A DNA stretch of 64,000 nucleotides from Lama glama (lineage: Eukaryota). The position numbers and the translations under genes are program-made. The notes below the pieces were generated by a model. That model made no database searches and was not told where the DNA came from. It worked only from the letters and a program-made list of their open reading frames with translations. Shown here one piece after another: positions 1 to 12,697 of this stretch (within the stretch, counting starts at the first letter, position 1; every line of letters starts with the position of its first letter). The DNA lies in the NCBI GenBank assembly GCA_028534125.1, contig CM052817.1, positions 17,176,001 to 17,240,000 on the forward strand. The letters are read 5' to 3'.

Positions 1-504
1 CCAGCAGCCTCAGGTGTCAATAACCAGAATTCAGTCTCAGCTTTTTCAGGCCCCAGTCCTGTTGGCCACTTCCCGGTGGCATGGCCTCCAGAGGGAAGTA
101 GCCTTCAGCTGTGCTTCCTTGCCACTCGGGGTTTCCAGGAAACCGTTTGGTTTAAGGCTTCAAAGAACTGCAAGCTTCTATACCTTCTTACTTGTTTGTA
201 AATGGAATCTTGAGCACCCATTTACACTCCCCACAGTTGATAGCAGTTATTGTTAATTGCTTTATGGCTTTGCAACTGTGTGGTAGCTTAGAATTGGTCC
301 TAAGCCAAGATCAAAGAATCATGTGCCTTCCAGATATTTTGAGAAAAGAAATTATCCTTGAATAGGGGGAGTGTTAGAGAGAAGGTCTAAAGGTTTCTGC
401 TTGGGCACAAATACCCTTTGACTACCTCCTATGGGCGGGGCCGTATCAAGTCATTTTCTGCATTATTCTTTTTGATCCACTGCTATAAAAGGTTAGGGCC
501 ATTA

Positions 505-600
505 GCTCCTTTTTAACAGATCAGAAAGCGGAGCCTCAGAGAGGTTAAGAGGTTCAGCACAGTCACAGAACTAGTGAGGGGCAGAGTCATGAGGGAACCC
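505..600 (-). mobile_element. MIR SINE fragment
   Basis: ttttaacagatcagaaagcggagcctcagagaggttaag...gtcacagaactagt resembles the reverse complement of the MIR core. Confidence 0.6.
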
Positions 601-1014
601 AGAGTCCAGTGGGGACTGGGAACTGTGGAGAGGTGGGGGAGAAGAGGAAGTGTAGGATGGTGCAAGGGAACAGAAAGTAGAAATGAAGAACTTTTGCAGA
701 GGTAAGAAGTGTCCTGGGGGATATGACGCTTTGAGAGAGGAGCCAAGGGAAGAGGTGGAGAGTGAAGGAAAATGAAGCCCAAACAAACTCTTGTTTGCTC
801 ATTGTTTCATTCAGCAAACATTTGCAGTTTAAGCTGTTAAATTCTGCAGAAGTGAAGGGCTATCTAGTATTCACGTCATCACTGAAACCCACTTACAAGG
901 CGTGTGTACAGGGCCCCCAGCAGTGCTGATAAAGGCTCCTCAGAGGAAGTTAATCACACATAGTTCCTGACTCTAACCCTTGACCTCTAGTAGCAGATTA
1001 GCAGAATCTATATC

Positions 1015-1115
1015 TCAGATTCCCCACTTCCTAGCTGGGTGACCTTGAGCGAGTTACTTTATCTCTTTGGGTCTCAGTTTCCTCACCTGTGAAAAGGGAT
1101 GATGGTAATAGTACC
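1015..1115 (+). mobile_element. MIR SINE fragment
   Basis: cacttcctagctgggtgaccttgagcgagttact...tctcagtttcctcacctgtgaaaaggg matches the MIR core. Confidence 0.75.
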
Positions 1116-1839
1116 ATCTGGCACACAGAGAACCCTTATTTTCTGGGCATGAATTGAACTCCGTGTCTGATAGCCTAGGGTGGCTCTGGGGCTGTCTTCC
1201 CCTCGCTGACCTGCAGTAGGAACTTGAGACTTTTCTAATACAGATCCAGCCCACTTCACTCTCAGCGCAGTGGCAGGAGACCAGGGGGAAGTTCGGGCTG
1301 GTTCTCCAGAGAGCAGAGCTGAGTAGCAAGCTGAATCCTAAACACATGAAGTCCAGATCCTGTGTGCCCCCATTCTGGGCTGGTGAGACGTGTCAAATCA
1401 ATGCTTAGACATACGTGGGTGGAAGGAAGACTCTTGGGAAAATGTGTCATTAGCCCTCTTCTGGGGGCCTCTTGGGACCACAGACCCTCGAGGAAGCCGT
1501 GCCCCGAGTGTGCCCTCCTGCTCTGGTAGCGGATAAGCCTGAGCCCAGGACAGCAGCCCCAGTTCTCTGCTGTGGGTGTAAGTCACCTGTGGCCCTGTGG
1601 CGGGGGCTGCCTTGGTGTTTGCTCTGGTTTCTGACTGAAATATTCTCTGGGCTCAGGATGAAAGTTCAGATCCGCTCTAAACTGGACCCAGACTGGATTG
1701 TGGGCTTTACCTTAAATCAGGAGCTCTGGGTGAGAAGGAACTTGGGAGTGTGTCCAGTCCAGTTCCCCACTAGGGCATCCTTGTAGGGGACCCTGGGACT
1801 GTGTCTCACCTTAGTCTGGTTGCTCAGGGGACCCTGGTG

Positions 1840-2190
1840 TGGCCTGGCCTTTGCAGGTATAGCGTCCTCTGCTTCGAACGCCCTTCTGCCACCTCCTTGT
1901 AACCCCAACTCCCCCTTCAAGTAGCAGCTTAGGTATCATTTCCTCCAGAACGTCCCTCATGATTTCTTCAGGATGGGAACTGGCTTTACCTGCTCTGAGG
2001 ATCCCTCTACTCACAATCTCTTCTGTTAGGCTGTGTGGCATTTTCATGTACTTGCTTGTTTATTGATCCGTTTCTCCTTCCAAATTATAACCCTGGAGGG
2101 CGGGGGTTAGGTCTGCCTGACTCACTCCTGCGGCCCTAGTGCCTAGGGTGGTGAGCTCATAGTAGGTACCCAGTGAATGATGAATACGTG
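1840..2190 (+). mobile_element. L2 LINE 3' end
   Basis: ccctggagggcgggg...ccctagtgcctagggtggtgagctcatagtaggtacccagtgaatgatgaat resembles the L2 terminus. Confidence 0.55.
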
Positions 2191-3649
2191 AACCAGTGAT
2201 GACCTGGGGCAGGGTAGGTCTCTGGGTCTGAAGCAATAGAGATGGCCTAGAACATTGCAGGACTCTGGGAAGAAGAAAGACAAAAGGAGAGGGTCCCTGG
2301 GTGCACTGCTTCTGCCCCCACCACCTGGTGTTTGTAAGCAGACACAAGTTTAAGAGCAATGGGCTATTTGGGTAGTTTCTTATTTGGGGTTCTCAAGCCT
2401 GGACCAGTGCTTTATCAGGGTTTGAGTTCAGCAGGTTTGGCTACAAGGAACAAGGATCTCCTGTTTACCCCACTTCCCCCACCAAGAAGAAAAAGGGCTG
2501 GGTGTAGTGATGATGTAGATAGAATCTCCTGGAAAGGTAAGAACTGGGGCTACAGTGGGTTCCAGGCTCCCTGGAGAATGGACCTGCCAAGCATCAGTAT
2601 CCAAAATGGTGCCAGGGACCTCTTGCATCTGGATTCATGCCTCTGTATTTTGGGGTTGCACCATCAATGTGGTGGCGCTTCCCTTCTGTGTCTGCTCGTC
2701 TCTGTCTCCTTGTGTCTAGTGGGGAAATGCTCTCTCAAGAGACTCTGGCATTGGCCCAGGTCATCATGTCATGCCAGGCATAGACATAGGCTTAGGTCAG
2801 CTGACAGAGTAATGTCTATTCCTGGTCCAATGAACTGTGGTTGGTGGAGGGGGAGTGCAGAAGGAGGCAGGGTCATAAGGTACAAAAGGTGGTCCCCCAC
2901 ACAAGCAGGGAGGTACCCAGGAAACATGCCCGGTACAGTCTATTAAACCAAATTTCTGCTCATCTCTCCATCACAGGGCTCCTCTCAGAGGCTAAAACAG
3001 GAACACGAATTTCACTGACATAGTCCTCAGTCCCACATCATAAACATCAGAACATGATATTTATTGCCCTGCTGCAGACCGGGTGTCAAGATGAAAAAGA
3101 AATAATAATTCTAAATCTCACACAAGGGCTTTGGAGATCAATGAGGTAATTTGTATGAAATAGTTTGGGCTCCCTGGGAAACAAAGTGTGGCATAAATTT
3201 AGGCCTTTTCATTGGATGGACCCCATGCCAATAACTCACCCCAGTTAATGAAAAGCCCATTTGGCTGTATAGACTGCAGGATGCTGAGTTCAGACTGGAA
3301 TATTTTGACCAAGCGCAGACGTGGTTTAACCATGACACGGATCCGTATCTCAAGTCTTTTTCATCACAGGGCAGGATATAAATAAATGGCAGGCACCGTG
3401 TTTGGCATGTGTAATACAATGGCTTCACTGAATGATGCCTGGGCATGACTCCATCAAATTCAAGCCATATTTTAGTGGTTTCTAACTCAGCTCCAGACCC
3501 CCAAGGTTCTGTTTTCCTTGTGAATCCAAATAGCTAACTTGAGTTGCCTCAAACAGTGTGAAAATGCTCTGTTGTCGTCACTGTATGGTCCCAACACTGT
3601 GCCTGTGCCTTGTAAACTCTGCAGTCCTACATGAATAATAACTGCTGGA

Positions 3650-3850
3650 CCACGGTGCAGCTTCTTTGGAACCCATTCCATGCAGGCTTTTGTCCACATC
3701 ACTCCAGTGAAAAGGTTCTTGCTGAGGCCATTGATGACTGATGTGTTCCTACAGCCAGTGGCTGATTCTTCTTCTTCAACTGACTCAGCCTGTCGGCAGC
3801 ATTTGATACCACTTATCACTTTGAGCCCTTGCAAAACTTTGTCCACTTGG
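3650..3850 (+). mobile_element. L2 body fragment
   Basis: Reverse complement reads tatcaaatgctgccgacagg...ttttcactggagtgatgtggacaaaagcctgcatggaatgggtt, a typical antisense L2 tract. Confidence 0.5.
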
Positions 3851-3911
3851 TTTGCAGAGCACCACGTCCTCAGTTCATGTTGCATGACTCCTGGGGCACC
3901 ATTTGCCTTGC

Positions 3912-4137
3912 CTAGGATTAGGCAAACTATAACCTGCAGGCCGAATCCAGTCCTCTGCCTGTTCTGTAAAATAAAGCTTTATGGGCGCACAGCCATGGCC
4001 GTTCATTCACACAGCATCTATGGCTGCTTCCATGCATCAGTGGCAGGGTTGAGTGGTGGCCACAGAGACCAGATGGCCCACAAAGCCGAAAATACTTGCT
4101 ATGAGGCCCTTTATGGGAAAAGCTTACTGACCGCTGT
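3912..4137 (+). mobile_element. hAT-Charlie MITE, MER58A-like
   Basis: ggcaaactataacctgcaggccgaatccag...aaataaagctttatggg..cacagccat...ggcccacaaagccgaaaatactt...aaaagcttactgaccgctg follows the MER58A layout. Confidence 0.75.
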
Positions 4138-4139
4138 CA

Positions 4140-5065
4140 TAGACTCCTTGGGGACCCTGGTTTTCCTTCTACCACCCCAGCCACTCCTAGTCGTCTTTGC
4201 TTTTTGTCTTGACTCCTTGATGAAGCCCTGGAGTCCTCAAACTCTGTTCTTTTCCATCTATACTTAGTCCCTGCTTAGCATATCCAAACCTGGGGCATTA
4301 AAATCTGCCCTGAACTCCAGGCACAGATATCCAGCTGTTGACTCAGCATCTTCATCTGGTTGTCCAATAGACTTCTCAAACTTCAGTGTGTCCTGAACAG
4401 GACCTGCCCAGCCCGGTTTCCCTCATTTCCGTAAGCGGCAGCTCCGCGCTTCCAGGTGCTCAGCCCAAGTGCCTGAAACAGCTGTCATCTCTTGCCTGAA
4501 TTATCTCAATAGATTCTAACTAGTCTCTCCCTTTTCGCTCTTACCCCTTCCAGCCCCTTCTTTCAGCAAAGTGATCCTTTCTAAATATAAGCCAATCGCA
4601 TCCTTTGGTTGGCTTCCCAGCTCACCCAGGCTAAACTCCAGACTGTCTTTCCTGCTCAAAGACCTTCTGACTTTATCTCTTTCTTCACCCCCACCTGACT
4701 CAGTCTGCTCCAGCTTCGTGGATCTCCTTGCTACATGAACACAGGCTCCTGCCGCAGGACCTCTGCTCTGCTGTTCCTTCTGCTGGAAACTCTCATCCCC
4801 CAGAAGTCTGCATGACTCACCACCTCGTGTCTCCTTATCATGAGCCTTTCCTGATTGCCCTAAATTAAATAGCTTCCCTCTCACTCCTCCCCAGCCCCCT
4901 CCCATCACCATCTGATATACTCGGCTGTTTTTGGTTTACATGTTTCTTGTTCATCTTGACCCTCTTGTTGATAAGCTCCATGAGGCAGATCTTTGTTTTG
5001 TTCATTCTGTATCCTCATTGCCTAGACTAGGGCTTGGCACATAATAAGTGCCCAATAAACATTTA
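4140..5065 (+). mobile_element. L2 LINE 3' portion
   Basis: L2 body motifs (ctgaactccaggc...atccagctg...ctcaaactt) ending in taagctccatgaggcag...gcttggcacataataagtgcccaataaacattt. Confidence 0.75.
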
Positions 5066-5074
5066 AATGTCTTT

Positions 5075-5240
5075 ACTCCTTTCAACTCAATGAACCCTAT
5101 TTTACAGCTCAGAACATTGAGCCTTGGAGAGATTAAGGCCCTCGCACAGGTCACTGAGGGTAGGAGTGAGGCCAGAGCCGGAATTTGTACCTGGTGCTAT
5201 CTGACTGCAAATTCAGGGCTTATTCGACAGCTATATGCTG
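5075..5240 (-). mobile_element. MIR SINE
   Basis: ccctattttacagctcagaacattgagcc...aggtcactgag...gagccggaatttgtacctgg resembles antisense MIR. Confidence 0.55.
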
Positions 5241-5687
5241 TTCTGTCTCTGATAGCAGTCCCGAGGAATGCTCTGTGAAAAGTCAATTGTCCCCAGGACA
5301 TTAAGAATTCCAGGATCCACTGATAACTCATTGTGAGTCTATGTCTTTCTTATTATATCTATATTTTTCATTCTGACCATCCCAGGGTCTGTAAGTTGGC
5401 CCTACAATAAAATTTCCATTGGTTTACACTGTCATTGCTTCCCCCTCCCCATTATCCTATACCGTCCGTATGGTGGTTTGGGATTCAGCAGTCATGTGGA
5501 CGACCAAACGCCTGGAATTTTAAGTTGTCTTGCCTCTTTTGCCACTCTCTGATATAGTCCATGAAGTCTAGGCACAGGCTTCAGTGGAGCAAAATAGCTT
5601 CTCGTTAAAGCTGTAGTAGATTTGAACACTCCTTTTTTTTTCTTTTTGGTAGAAAACAATTAATAATTTATTTTTAACTTGAAACTA

Positions 5688-5752
5688 ACTTCCTTCCTTC
5701 CTCCCTCCCTCCCTTCCTTCCTCCCTACTTTCCTTCCCTCCTTCCTTCCAAC
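5688..5752. repeat. (CCTT)n-like pyrimidine-rich low-complexity tract
   Basis: cttccttccttccctccctccctcccttccttccctccc seen directly. Confidence 0.85.
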
Positions 5753-7229
5753 TTCTAAACTGCGGTTTCCAGAGCTGCAGGAGCTCATCTTGCAGCACTT
5801 TTCTTCCAGTTCCTACTTGTGAAAGTCCCCTTCTTCAGTGTGTCCTGAGAGGAAGAGGATCTGGGGCTCCTGGGAGGTGGGGGAGGTGCTGCCTGTGGGA
5901 GGGGGCGTATGCCCAGGCTGCAGGTGGGTGATCAGGAGACGCTGGTTCCCATTTCCATTTCTGACTCCTGTGCTCTCTGCAGAAAGTTTAGCCAGTCTTC
6001 TTTTACTCCTTGCCAGTTTCATTCGGGGCAATTCCTTCGCCTTGCTTCTGGGCCGCTTGAGTCTTCTGTCGCCATTTTAGGTCAGGTTCACTGCCAGCAT
6101 CTTCTGTCCATCACCACTTCCCCCCTCAGGAGGCCGCTTGCTGCAAGAAGAACCTCCCGAGGCACCGCCTGGAGGGTGTGTTGCCCTCTCTGCCCTTGCT
6201 CCACATACCAGTGACCCGGGACAAACAGGCTGTCACAGTCAAACTTTGCTCTGGGAGTTTGACTTTAATCCCTTGGCCTTGCCAGCTCCACCTTCTCCTG
6301 GCCTGCAAAGTTTGGTTTGGTTTTTAATCCGACTGCAAAGTGTTTGACTCTTTGGGAGAATCCGAGATCACAGGGGTCACGTGAAAAAGCAGGATGTCAG
6401 GGAGAGATTACACCCCCACCCTGGCCCTGACTCAAAGCTTCCGGTCCACTCTCTCATCTTCGTTTGTTTGCTCCTCGTCTTCATTTCAGAGGATGGTTGA
6501 TTCGGGGGTCACTGTTTATTACCCAATCCTCGGAGTTTTCTAGATTCTTCTCTCCTTTACCCTCTCTCTGTCCCTGGCAGCATTTCTCCCTGTGACTGTT
6601 TGACTGATGTTGAGAGGCAGTGTGGCGGAGGACTCACAAGCCCACACAGCTGCAGGTTTGAGTCCTGGCCCTGCCACGGGCCTGCTGTGTGACTTTGGAG
6701 AGATGCTCTCCAAAACCAGTGCCTTAAGATGGAGGCGGGGGAGCACAGCACACACTTCAGAAAGTTGTTGAGAATTTAATGAGATGGCGCTCACCCATCG
6801 CTCAGCCCCGGCATTGTCACTGCTGCTGATGTGGCTGATACTGTTGTTGGTGGAACTGAACTTTCCTCTGGAAACAATTAAACTTTCCTCCAGAAGATTA
6901 GCAGGTAGAGAGAAAGATAGCCTCTAAGCTTCAGAGCCCTCGCATTAGAATGGGCTTGATCATTGAAACAGAAGCAAAGCCTGCTGCTTTTTGGGAAAAT
7001 ATCTAAGCTCAGCCTGGAGATATTTATCATGTGTTATTGTAAGGGATTTAATGTATCATCGTGGTGTATGGTCACATGTCTTCCTTTTCCTCTTCACACC
7101 TGGGGCCCGGAACCTGCAGCTGTCTTTCGGTCAATGGCTTAGTCCTGACCCTCCCTGAACTGTCAGTTTGGAGCTGTTCAGAAAGACAGGGAATCATGGT
7201 CTCTGAGATATGACATTGGACAAATAGTA

Positions 7230-7935
7230 GGTGCCACTCAACTGGGCTAAGCCTGGTACATTCATGATCTCATTTGCTTTTCATCACAAACCCATGAGGT
7301 GTTGTTGTGACTGTCACCAGTTTACAAATGAAAACATGAGGCTCAGAAAGGGTAAGTAATTTGCCTGAGCCCACACAGCTTTTAATGGGCCTGCACTGAG
7401 TGCCCAGATGGAGCTGTTACTGACCAGGGGTCTTAATCTCCTTAATCAATGGAAATTGCTAAGAGGCCAGACGGGAAACTTAGGCAAGGCCTTGTTGGGA
7501 CTCATGTTGCAGCCCCAGGATGCAAAATAAAAGTAACAGGTTCCCTTGCTCGCTCCTTGAGTAGGGGTCCCTTAAATGGGGTGAGGGTAGGGGTGGGTCC
7601 AAGCGATGGGCCAGAAGGGTGGCTTAGATGGCCGGCCACCCCCTTGGTGATGCTGTGTGCAAGGATCATGCGCAGTAAGTAATCTGCTTTTGCTTCCGAC
7701 ACCAAAGACATGGCAGTTGGGTTTTTGGTCTTTTTGTATCTTGTTCATCATTCGCTCCAACTGCGCATGCGTGCAGTTATTTTTAGCCCTATATCATTTC
7801 TTTGTATTTTGTTGCTGGAGGAGACCTTTGTCCTGGTGCAAGCTCTGTAGCAAAGGGCCCCAAGTCCCTGGACCCAGGTCCCAGGTCCCAGCCTGTCTCA
7901 GAGCCGGGCCCTTACTCGCTCTGTTCTACTGCTTC
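7230..7935 (-). mobile_element. MIR SINE interrupted by a solo LTR
   Basis: tttacaaatgaaaacatgaggctcagaaagggtaagtaatttgcctgagcccacacagct before 7411; weaker MIR-like continuation gagccgggcccttactcgctctgttctactgc after 7900. Confidence 0.6.
7415..7900 (-). mobile_element. Solo LTR, ERV1-class (486 bp)
   Basis: Begins TGTTAC and ends TGTCTCA, flanked by an exact 4-bp TSD GAGC (7411-7414, 7901-7904). Strand inferred from LTR layout. Confidence 0.8.
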
Positions 7936-8739
7936 CTGCCTGGTCTTCAAGGAGCCCCCAGGTTCGTGCCTGCACTCAGCTGGGTCACGTTCTACATTCT
8001 TACGTATCCAAGGCTTGTACAAGTTACTGAATGAAGATCATCTTTGCACTTTCTCTTTTTACAAAACACCTCCTGACAGAGTCCTCTCTGATCTTATATT
8101 CCTTCCACAGAAAGTGGACCGTCCCCTCTGGTCTACCCTCACGTTCCTCATTCTGTCAGGGCCTTGGTACCCTCATGTGAGGAGGGGCCCCACAGTCTGA
8201 CCCCAGAGATCCCTCACTGGTCTCTCCCCGATTTCAAAGCCCCTTTGGGGTACACATCTCTCTCCTTTATCACCCTCTGTCCGCAATGTGCCCCCATCCG
8301 CAATCACTTCATGAAAATGAATGGGTGGGGGGCGGGGGGCAGCACCACGTCTAGAAAGGGGCCAGGAGAGAAACACAAGGTTGCCGCCTCCATTTGACAG
8401 ATGTGGAAAGGGCAGTTGTGGTGAGACGGGTTAGAGGGGTTGAGCCTGACCAGAGGGAGGAGAAGACACAGAGAAAACCACACGCGGGGGTATGATTTGG
8501 AGGAAGGCCCCGAACCCAGCAGCACAGCTCTTGGGAGCCTCATGGGGCCTGCGGCCCATTTGTGCCAGCAGAGTCTTGCAGGGGGAGGCGGGCCTGGGGC
8601 TTGGCGGGGAAAGGCCTCATGGCTCCGGGGCCAGGGTTCTAAGAGAGGGGCTGAGCCTGGGTCTGGGGCAGGAGATGCAGGGATGAAGGTCAGATGAACT
8701 AGCCCATCCGGCTCCACCCCATGCAGGCCCAGAACACGA

Positions 8740-8920
8740 GGGTCTCTCCTCTGAAGCATCAGAATCCCCTGGGGTGCTTGTTAAATTCAGATTCCTGGCC
8801 TCTTATCTCTAAAGATTGGGATTCAATACTTAGGGGGCCAAGACATCTGCATTTTAATGAGAGCCCCTGGAGGATCTGAACCAGAGATCCCCGGAACACA
8901 CTTGGAGAAACACTGAGCTA
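8740..8920. mobile_element. MER5-like hAT-Charlie MITE
   Basis: gcatcagaatcccctggggtgcttgttaaattcagattcctggcc...atctgcattttaat...cacacttggagaaacactg. Confidence 0.7.
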
Positions 8921-9937
8921 GAGCAACTTGGCATAGCTTAGAAAACCTTTAAACCTGTTCCTGGCTACCAGGTCCCCTTGACCCGGGGCTGGGCATCAAC
9001 TACCATTGGTCACTGGGAGTCCACTACCTGCCCAGATGGACAAAGCATGGTGGAGAATGAAATGGTATGGAGAAGGGCCCGGGGTAGGGGGCCATGTGTG
9101 CCTGAGAAACAGCCCCTCCCTCCTATCCAGGGAGCAGGCAGGCTTGCAGATCCAAGATGGGGGCTCCGGCTCTGATTCTTCCATCACCTCCCTAAGCCTT
9201 AATGTCCTGATCTGTAAAATGGGTCAACATATGGTTTTAGTTTAGAGGGCCTTTGAGAAGATGCCATGGAGAAAGGTATATGGAAGCGCTGCACCTGACA
9301 AGTTTGACAAGGGGAAATGGTGGCTTCCAGTAGTAACAGCAGATGCTTCAGAGCCCTCATCATGTGCCAGCCCCGACTCCCCGCTGTGCTTTACATCTGT
9401 AAATTCATTTTAATATTTGTAGCAACCCTGTGAGGCGGCTACTATCATTATCTTTGTTTTGCTGTTCAGGACATAGCACAGAGATGTGAAGCAAGATCAC
9501 ACAGCTAAGACCTAGGCCATCTATACCTGAAGTTTGTATTCCGTACTGGTATGCTATTCTGACTTTGAGGAGAGTCCTTTTCATTTACCTCTTTTTCCTG
9601 CCTCTAAACTGTGTTTTTGGAGTATTTGTAAGCCACTGACCCTTCCTTTCAAATGAAATCTTATAAGGAAATTTAATGCAAAAACAGGCATGTGTGGAGC
9701 AATTTTGGGTGGAAAGTGGATGCTACCTGGTCCCCTCCACTTCCCCTTTCCTCAGCAGTGGATGCTGGATCCCAGAGGGGCTCCACAGGGTGCTGGATGA
9801 AAAATGGAACAGCACCAGCTCCTGAGGGATAACTAATTTGAGCTTCGGCTTAAGGAGTTCTTGGAATTTGGTATAAAAACCCGTGATTTCTTTCTGAACT
9901 CAAGGCTGGGGCCTTATCTATCCACCCTGGTAATGAA

Positions 9938-10070
9938 TACACAGACACACACATTCACACACTATCATATACACACTCACACATACACACATATGCTCTC
10001 TCGCCCCCACACAAATGCCCACTCTCACATGCACATTCACATGTGCTCTCACATGCACCCTTACACACAA
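9938..10070. repeat. Degenerate (CA)n tract
   Basis: tacacagacacacacattcacacac...cacacatacacacatatgc seen directly. Confidence 0.8.
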
Positions 10071-11175
10071 TCCTGACCTCTGCTTTCCCCCTTTCGTTAC
10101 CCCCATTCCTGGATTGCACTGGATTCCAGCTGAGGGAGGGAGGGAGGAGCGTCCAGCCTCCTTAGTCCACACCCGCCCCCTTCACAGCAAACCCAGGGCT
10201 GGCCCCGAGCCAAACTCGTCAGCATCTATTCCATCTCAAGCCTTTTCATCTCAGGAGCTCTGTAAACAAGTAGTCTCATTAAAGCCCATTTTACAGATGG
10301 GGAAACTCTCATCATCATAATGACATCTCATGGAGAGTGGCCTTTCATCTGTGGATCTCAAAGGAGTCTTTCCACATACTCGGAAGTCCCAGAGAGGGAT
10401 TCACCACTGGTCTTGCCACTCTGCAGTTCTGGAAAGAGGAGATGGGATGAGCCTGGGTATTAGGCAGTTAGAAATGCAGAGCCATTTCCCAATCCAGGAG
10501 CCTGGCTGACAGGGGGGCCAAGTGTGCACATCAGTAACTGCACCATGAAGCCCCCGGGGAAGGGATGTAGTGATGGAGACACCCTGGACTATTACCTGTA
10601 GTAGTAATATTCACAAGAGCTACTCTGAGTGGGTGCTTCCAAGGTGACAGGTGCAGCTCTGGGCAAACATTGTAAATCACAAGGCTGTTTTTCCTGTGGG
10701 AGTCAGGGATAATTTTTAAGCATTTGCCAGCACACTACTGCTTGGAAGACATTGGAACTTTCTCAGCCAGTGAAGTAGGGTGCTTCCCCTGGATCTTAAA
10801 GCCAGGAGTAAGATGGATTGAGAAGGGAGGGCTAGAAGGGCTCAGGGGCCATTGCCCAACTGCTGGTTCAGGCCTGGGGCGACCTGTGTGTGATCTATTT
10901 TAGGACTTGGCAATGGAAAGGAAGGCAGCTGTAGGGCTGTCATAAAGCAACATGGCAACTGAAGGCAGGAAACAGGGACAAGAAAGCACTGTTTGTCTCC
11001 ACGGTTTTGAGGCAGGTTCTCCAGGGGCCTGGAAAACAGGTGCATCTGATTGTACTTCAGAAGATTTTTTTAAATGCTTGTGACTCAGTCTGGAGTGGGG
11101 TCAGATGTCCCCCCAACCCCCACCTGCAGAAAGATCTTAGTGAACAGCCAGAGCTGAGAATCGCTGTTCACTGTT

Positions 11176-11900
11176 CTAAACCCTCACTGTTCAAGATGTG
11201 GTCCACCCCCTGCAGCACTGGCATCAGCTGGCAACTTGCTAGAAGTGCAGGTTCCCTGCGTATATATCTGAAAGAAACAAAAACACTAATTTAAAAGGAT
11301 ATGTGCGCTTCAATGTTCATAGCAGCATTATTTAAAACTGCCAAGGCATGGAAGCAACCTAAGTGTCCATCAACAGATAAATGGGTCAGGAAGATATGGT
11401 ATATATATGCAATGGAATACTACTCAGCCACAAAAAATAATGAAATTTTGCCATCTGCAGCAACATGGATGGACTTAGAGGGTATTATGCTGAGTAAAGT
11501 AAATCAGACAAAGACAAATACTGCGTGATATCACTTATAGGTGGAATCTAATGAAGAAACAAACTAGTGAATAAAACAAAAAAGAAGCAGACTCACAGAA
11601 CAAACTAGTGGTTATCAGTGGAGAGAGCAGAGTGGGGAGGGTCAAGATAGAGACAGGGAGAAAGCAAAAGGGTTATTATGGGATTATAGAAAATCATCTG
11701 TGTGAAACTTTTGAAAATTGTAAAGCACTATAGAATTTTAAAAATCTTTCAGTCAATTATGAATAAATAATTAGTGCATTTTCTCGAGACCCCACCCCCT
11801 CAAGGCCCACTGAATCCGAATTTGTATTGTGCTTTCTCAAACGTTAATCTGCCTGCATATTACCTGGGGATCTTGTTAAAATGCAGTTTCTGATTCTTCC
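11176..11900. mobile_element. MER5-like MITE(s) split by an L1 insertion
   Basis: tgtggtcc...cagcactggcatcagctggcaacttgctagaagtgcag on the left; ccactgaatccgaa...tacctggggatcttgttaaaatgcagtttctgatt on the right. Confidence 0.6.
11255..11772 (+). mobile_element. 5'-truncated LINE-1 (ORF2 C-terminus plus 3' UTR)
   Basis: ORF 11301-11528 (MFIAALFKTAKAWKQPKCPSTDKW...WMDLEGIMLSKVNQ) is the L1 ORF2p C-terminus; A-rich end; degenerate TSD agtgcaggttc / agtgcattttc. Confidence 0.9.
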
Positions 11901-12317
11901 AAATGCAAACTCTGAGATCGGCTCCTGAGCCCAGAAGTTTGTCAGCATGATGACAACTGGCCTTTCTAGTGATGTGCGACTCATCGGGCCCTTCGAGGGA
12001 CTCCTCACACTTGGCCCAACTCTTGCCCTCATGCTTCCCTGCAAAGCAGGCAGACTAGGCACCATCAGCTCCTCTTTAGTGGTTCTTTTTCACAGACTGG
12101 AGGCTGAGGCTCAGAGCTATGAAGTCAACTCTTGCTCAAGATCCTACACTATTCTTCGGCCAAGTTAGGAGTTGCAACTTCACTTCTGGCATCAGATACC
12201 AGACTCCATTGTTTGGGATCCCAGGCCTTCTTGCCCTGGTGTTGGAGATGGCCAAACTCTGAGAAGGCAGAAGATGGTTAGTGTGTGACTCGTGCAAGGG
12301 AAGGAAGAGGTCGTGAG

Positions 12318-12500
12318 TCAGTGCTTCTCAACCTTGGCTACACAGTGGCATCTTCTAGGGGAGCTTTAAAAAATACCCAAGCCTGTGTCCCAGCCCCAGC
12401 AATTCTGATTTAAATGATCCAGACATGGCTGGTGCTTTGAGATGTTTTTAAAGCAACCGCTGTGATTCTCACAAGCAGCTGAGATTGGAAACCTCTTTCT
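12318..12500. mobile_element. MER5-like MITE
   Basis: cagtgcttctcaaccttggctacac...gggagctttaaaaaataccc...ccccagcaattctgattt...gagattggaaacctct. Confidence 0.7.
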
Positions 12501-12697
12501 GTCCCCCAGACTACATGACCCAGTCCGGAACCCTGAGCAGAGACAGCTTCTGACTGCTCAAGCCCCTCCTCCTGGGCCTGGGATCCACTCATTACCCCTG
12601 GGCGGCCTAGTGGCAGAGGGGGCTGCTGGGAAAATACGCCCTTTCAGAATCCCAACCTTCATTCATTTAGGACAACCTCATTTAGGGCACCTCATTT

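Noticed and set aside
2359..2946. 195 aa ATG-initiated ORF
   Set aside because: No recognisable domain, composition typical of random translation, and no supporting promoter or splice structure seen.
3487..4267. 132 aa and 195 aa ORFs as a processed pseudogene or gene
   Set aside because: They are read through L2 and MER58A-like repeat sequence.
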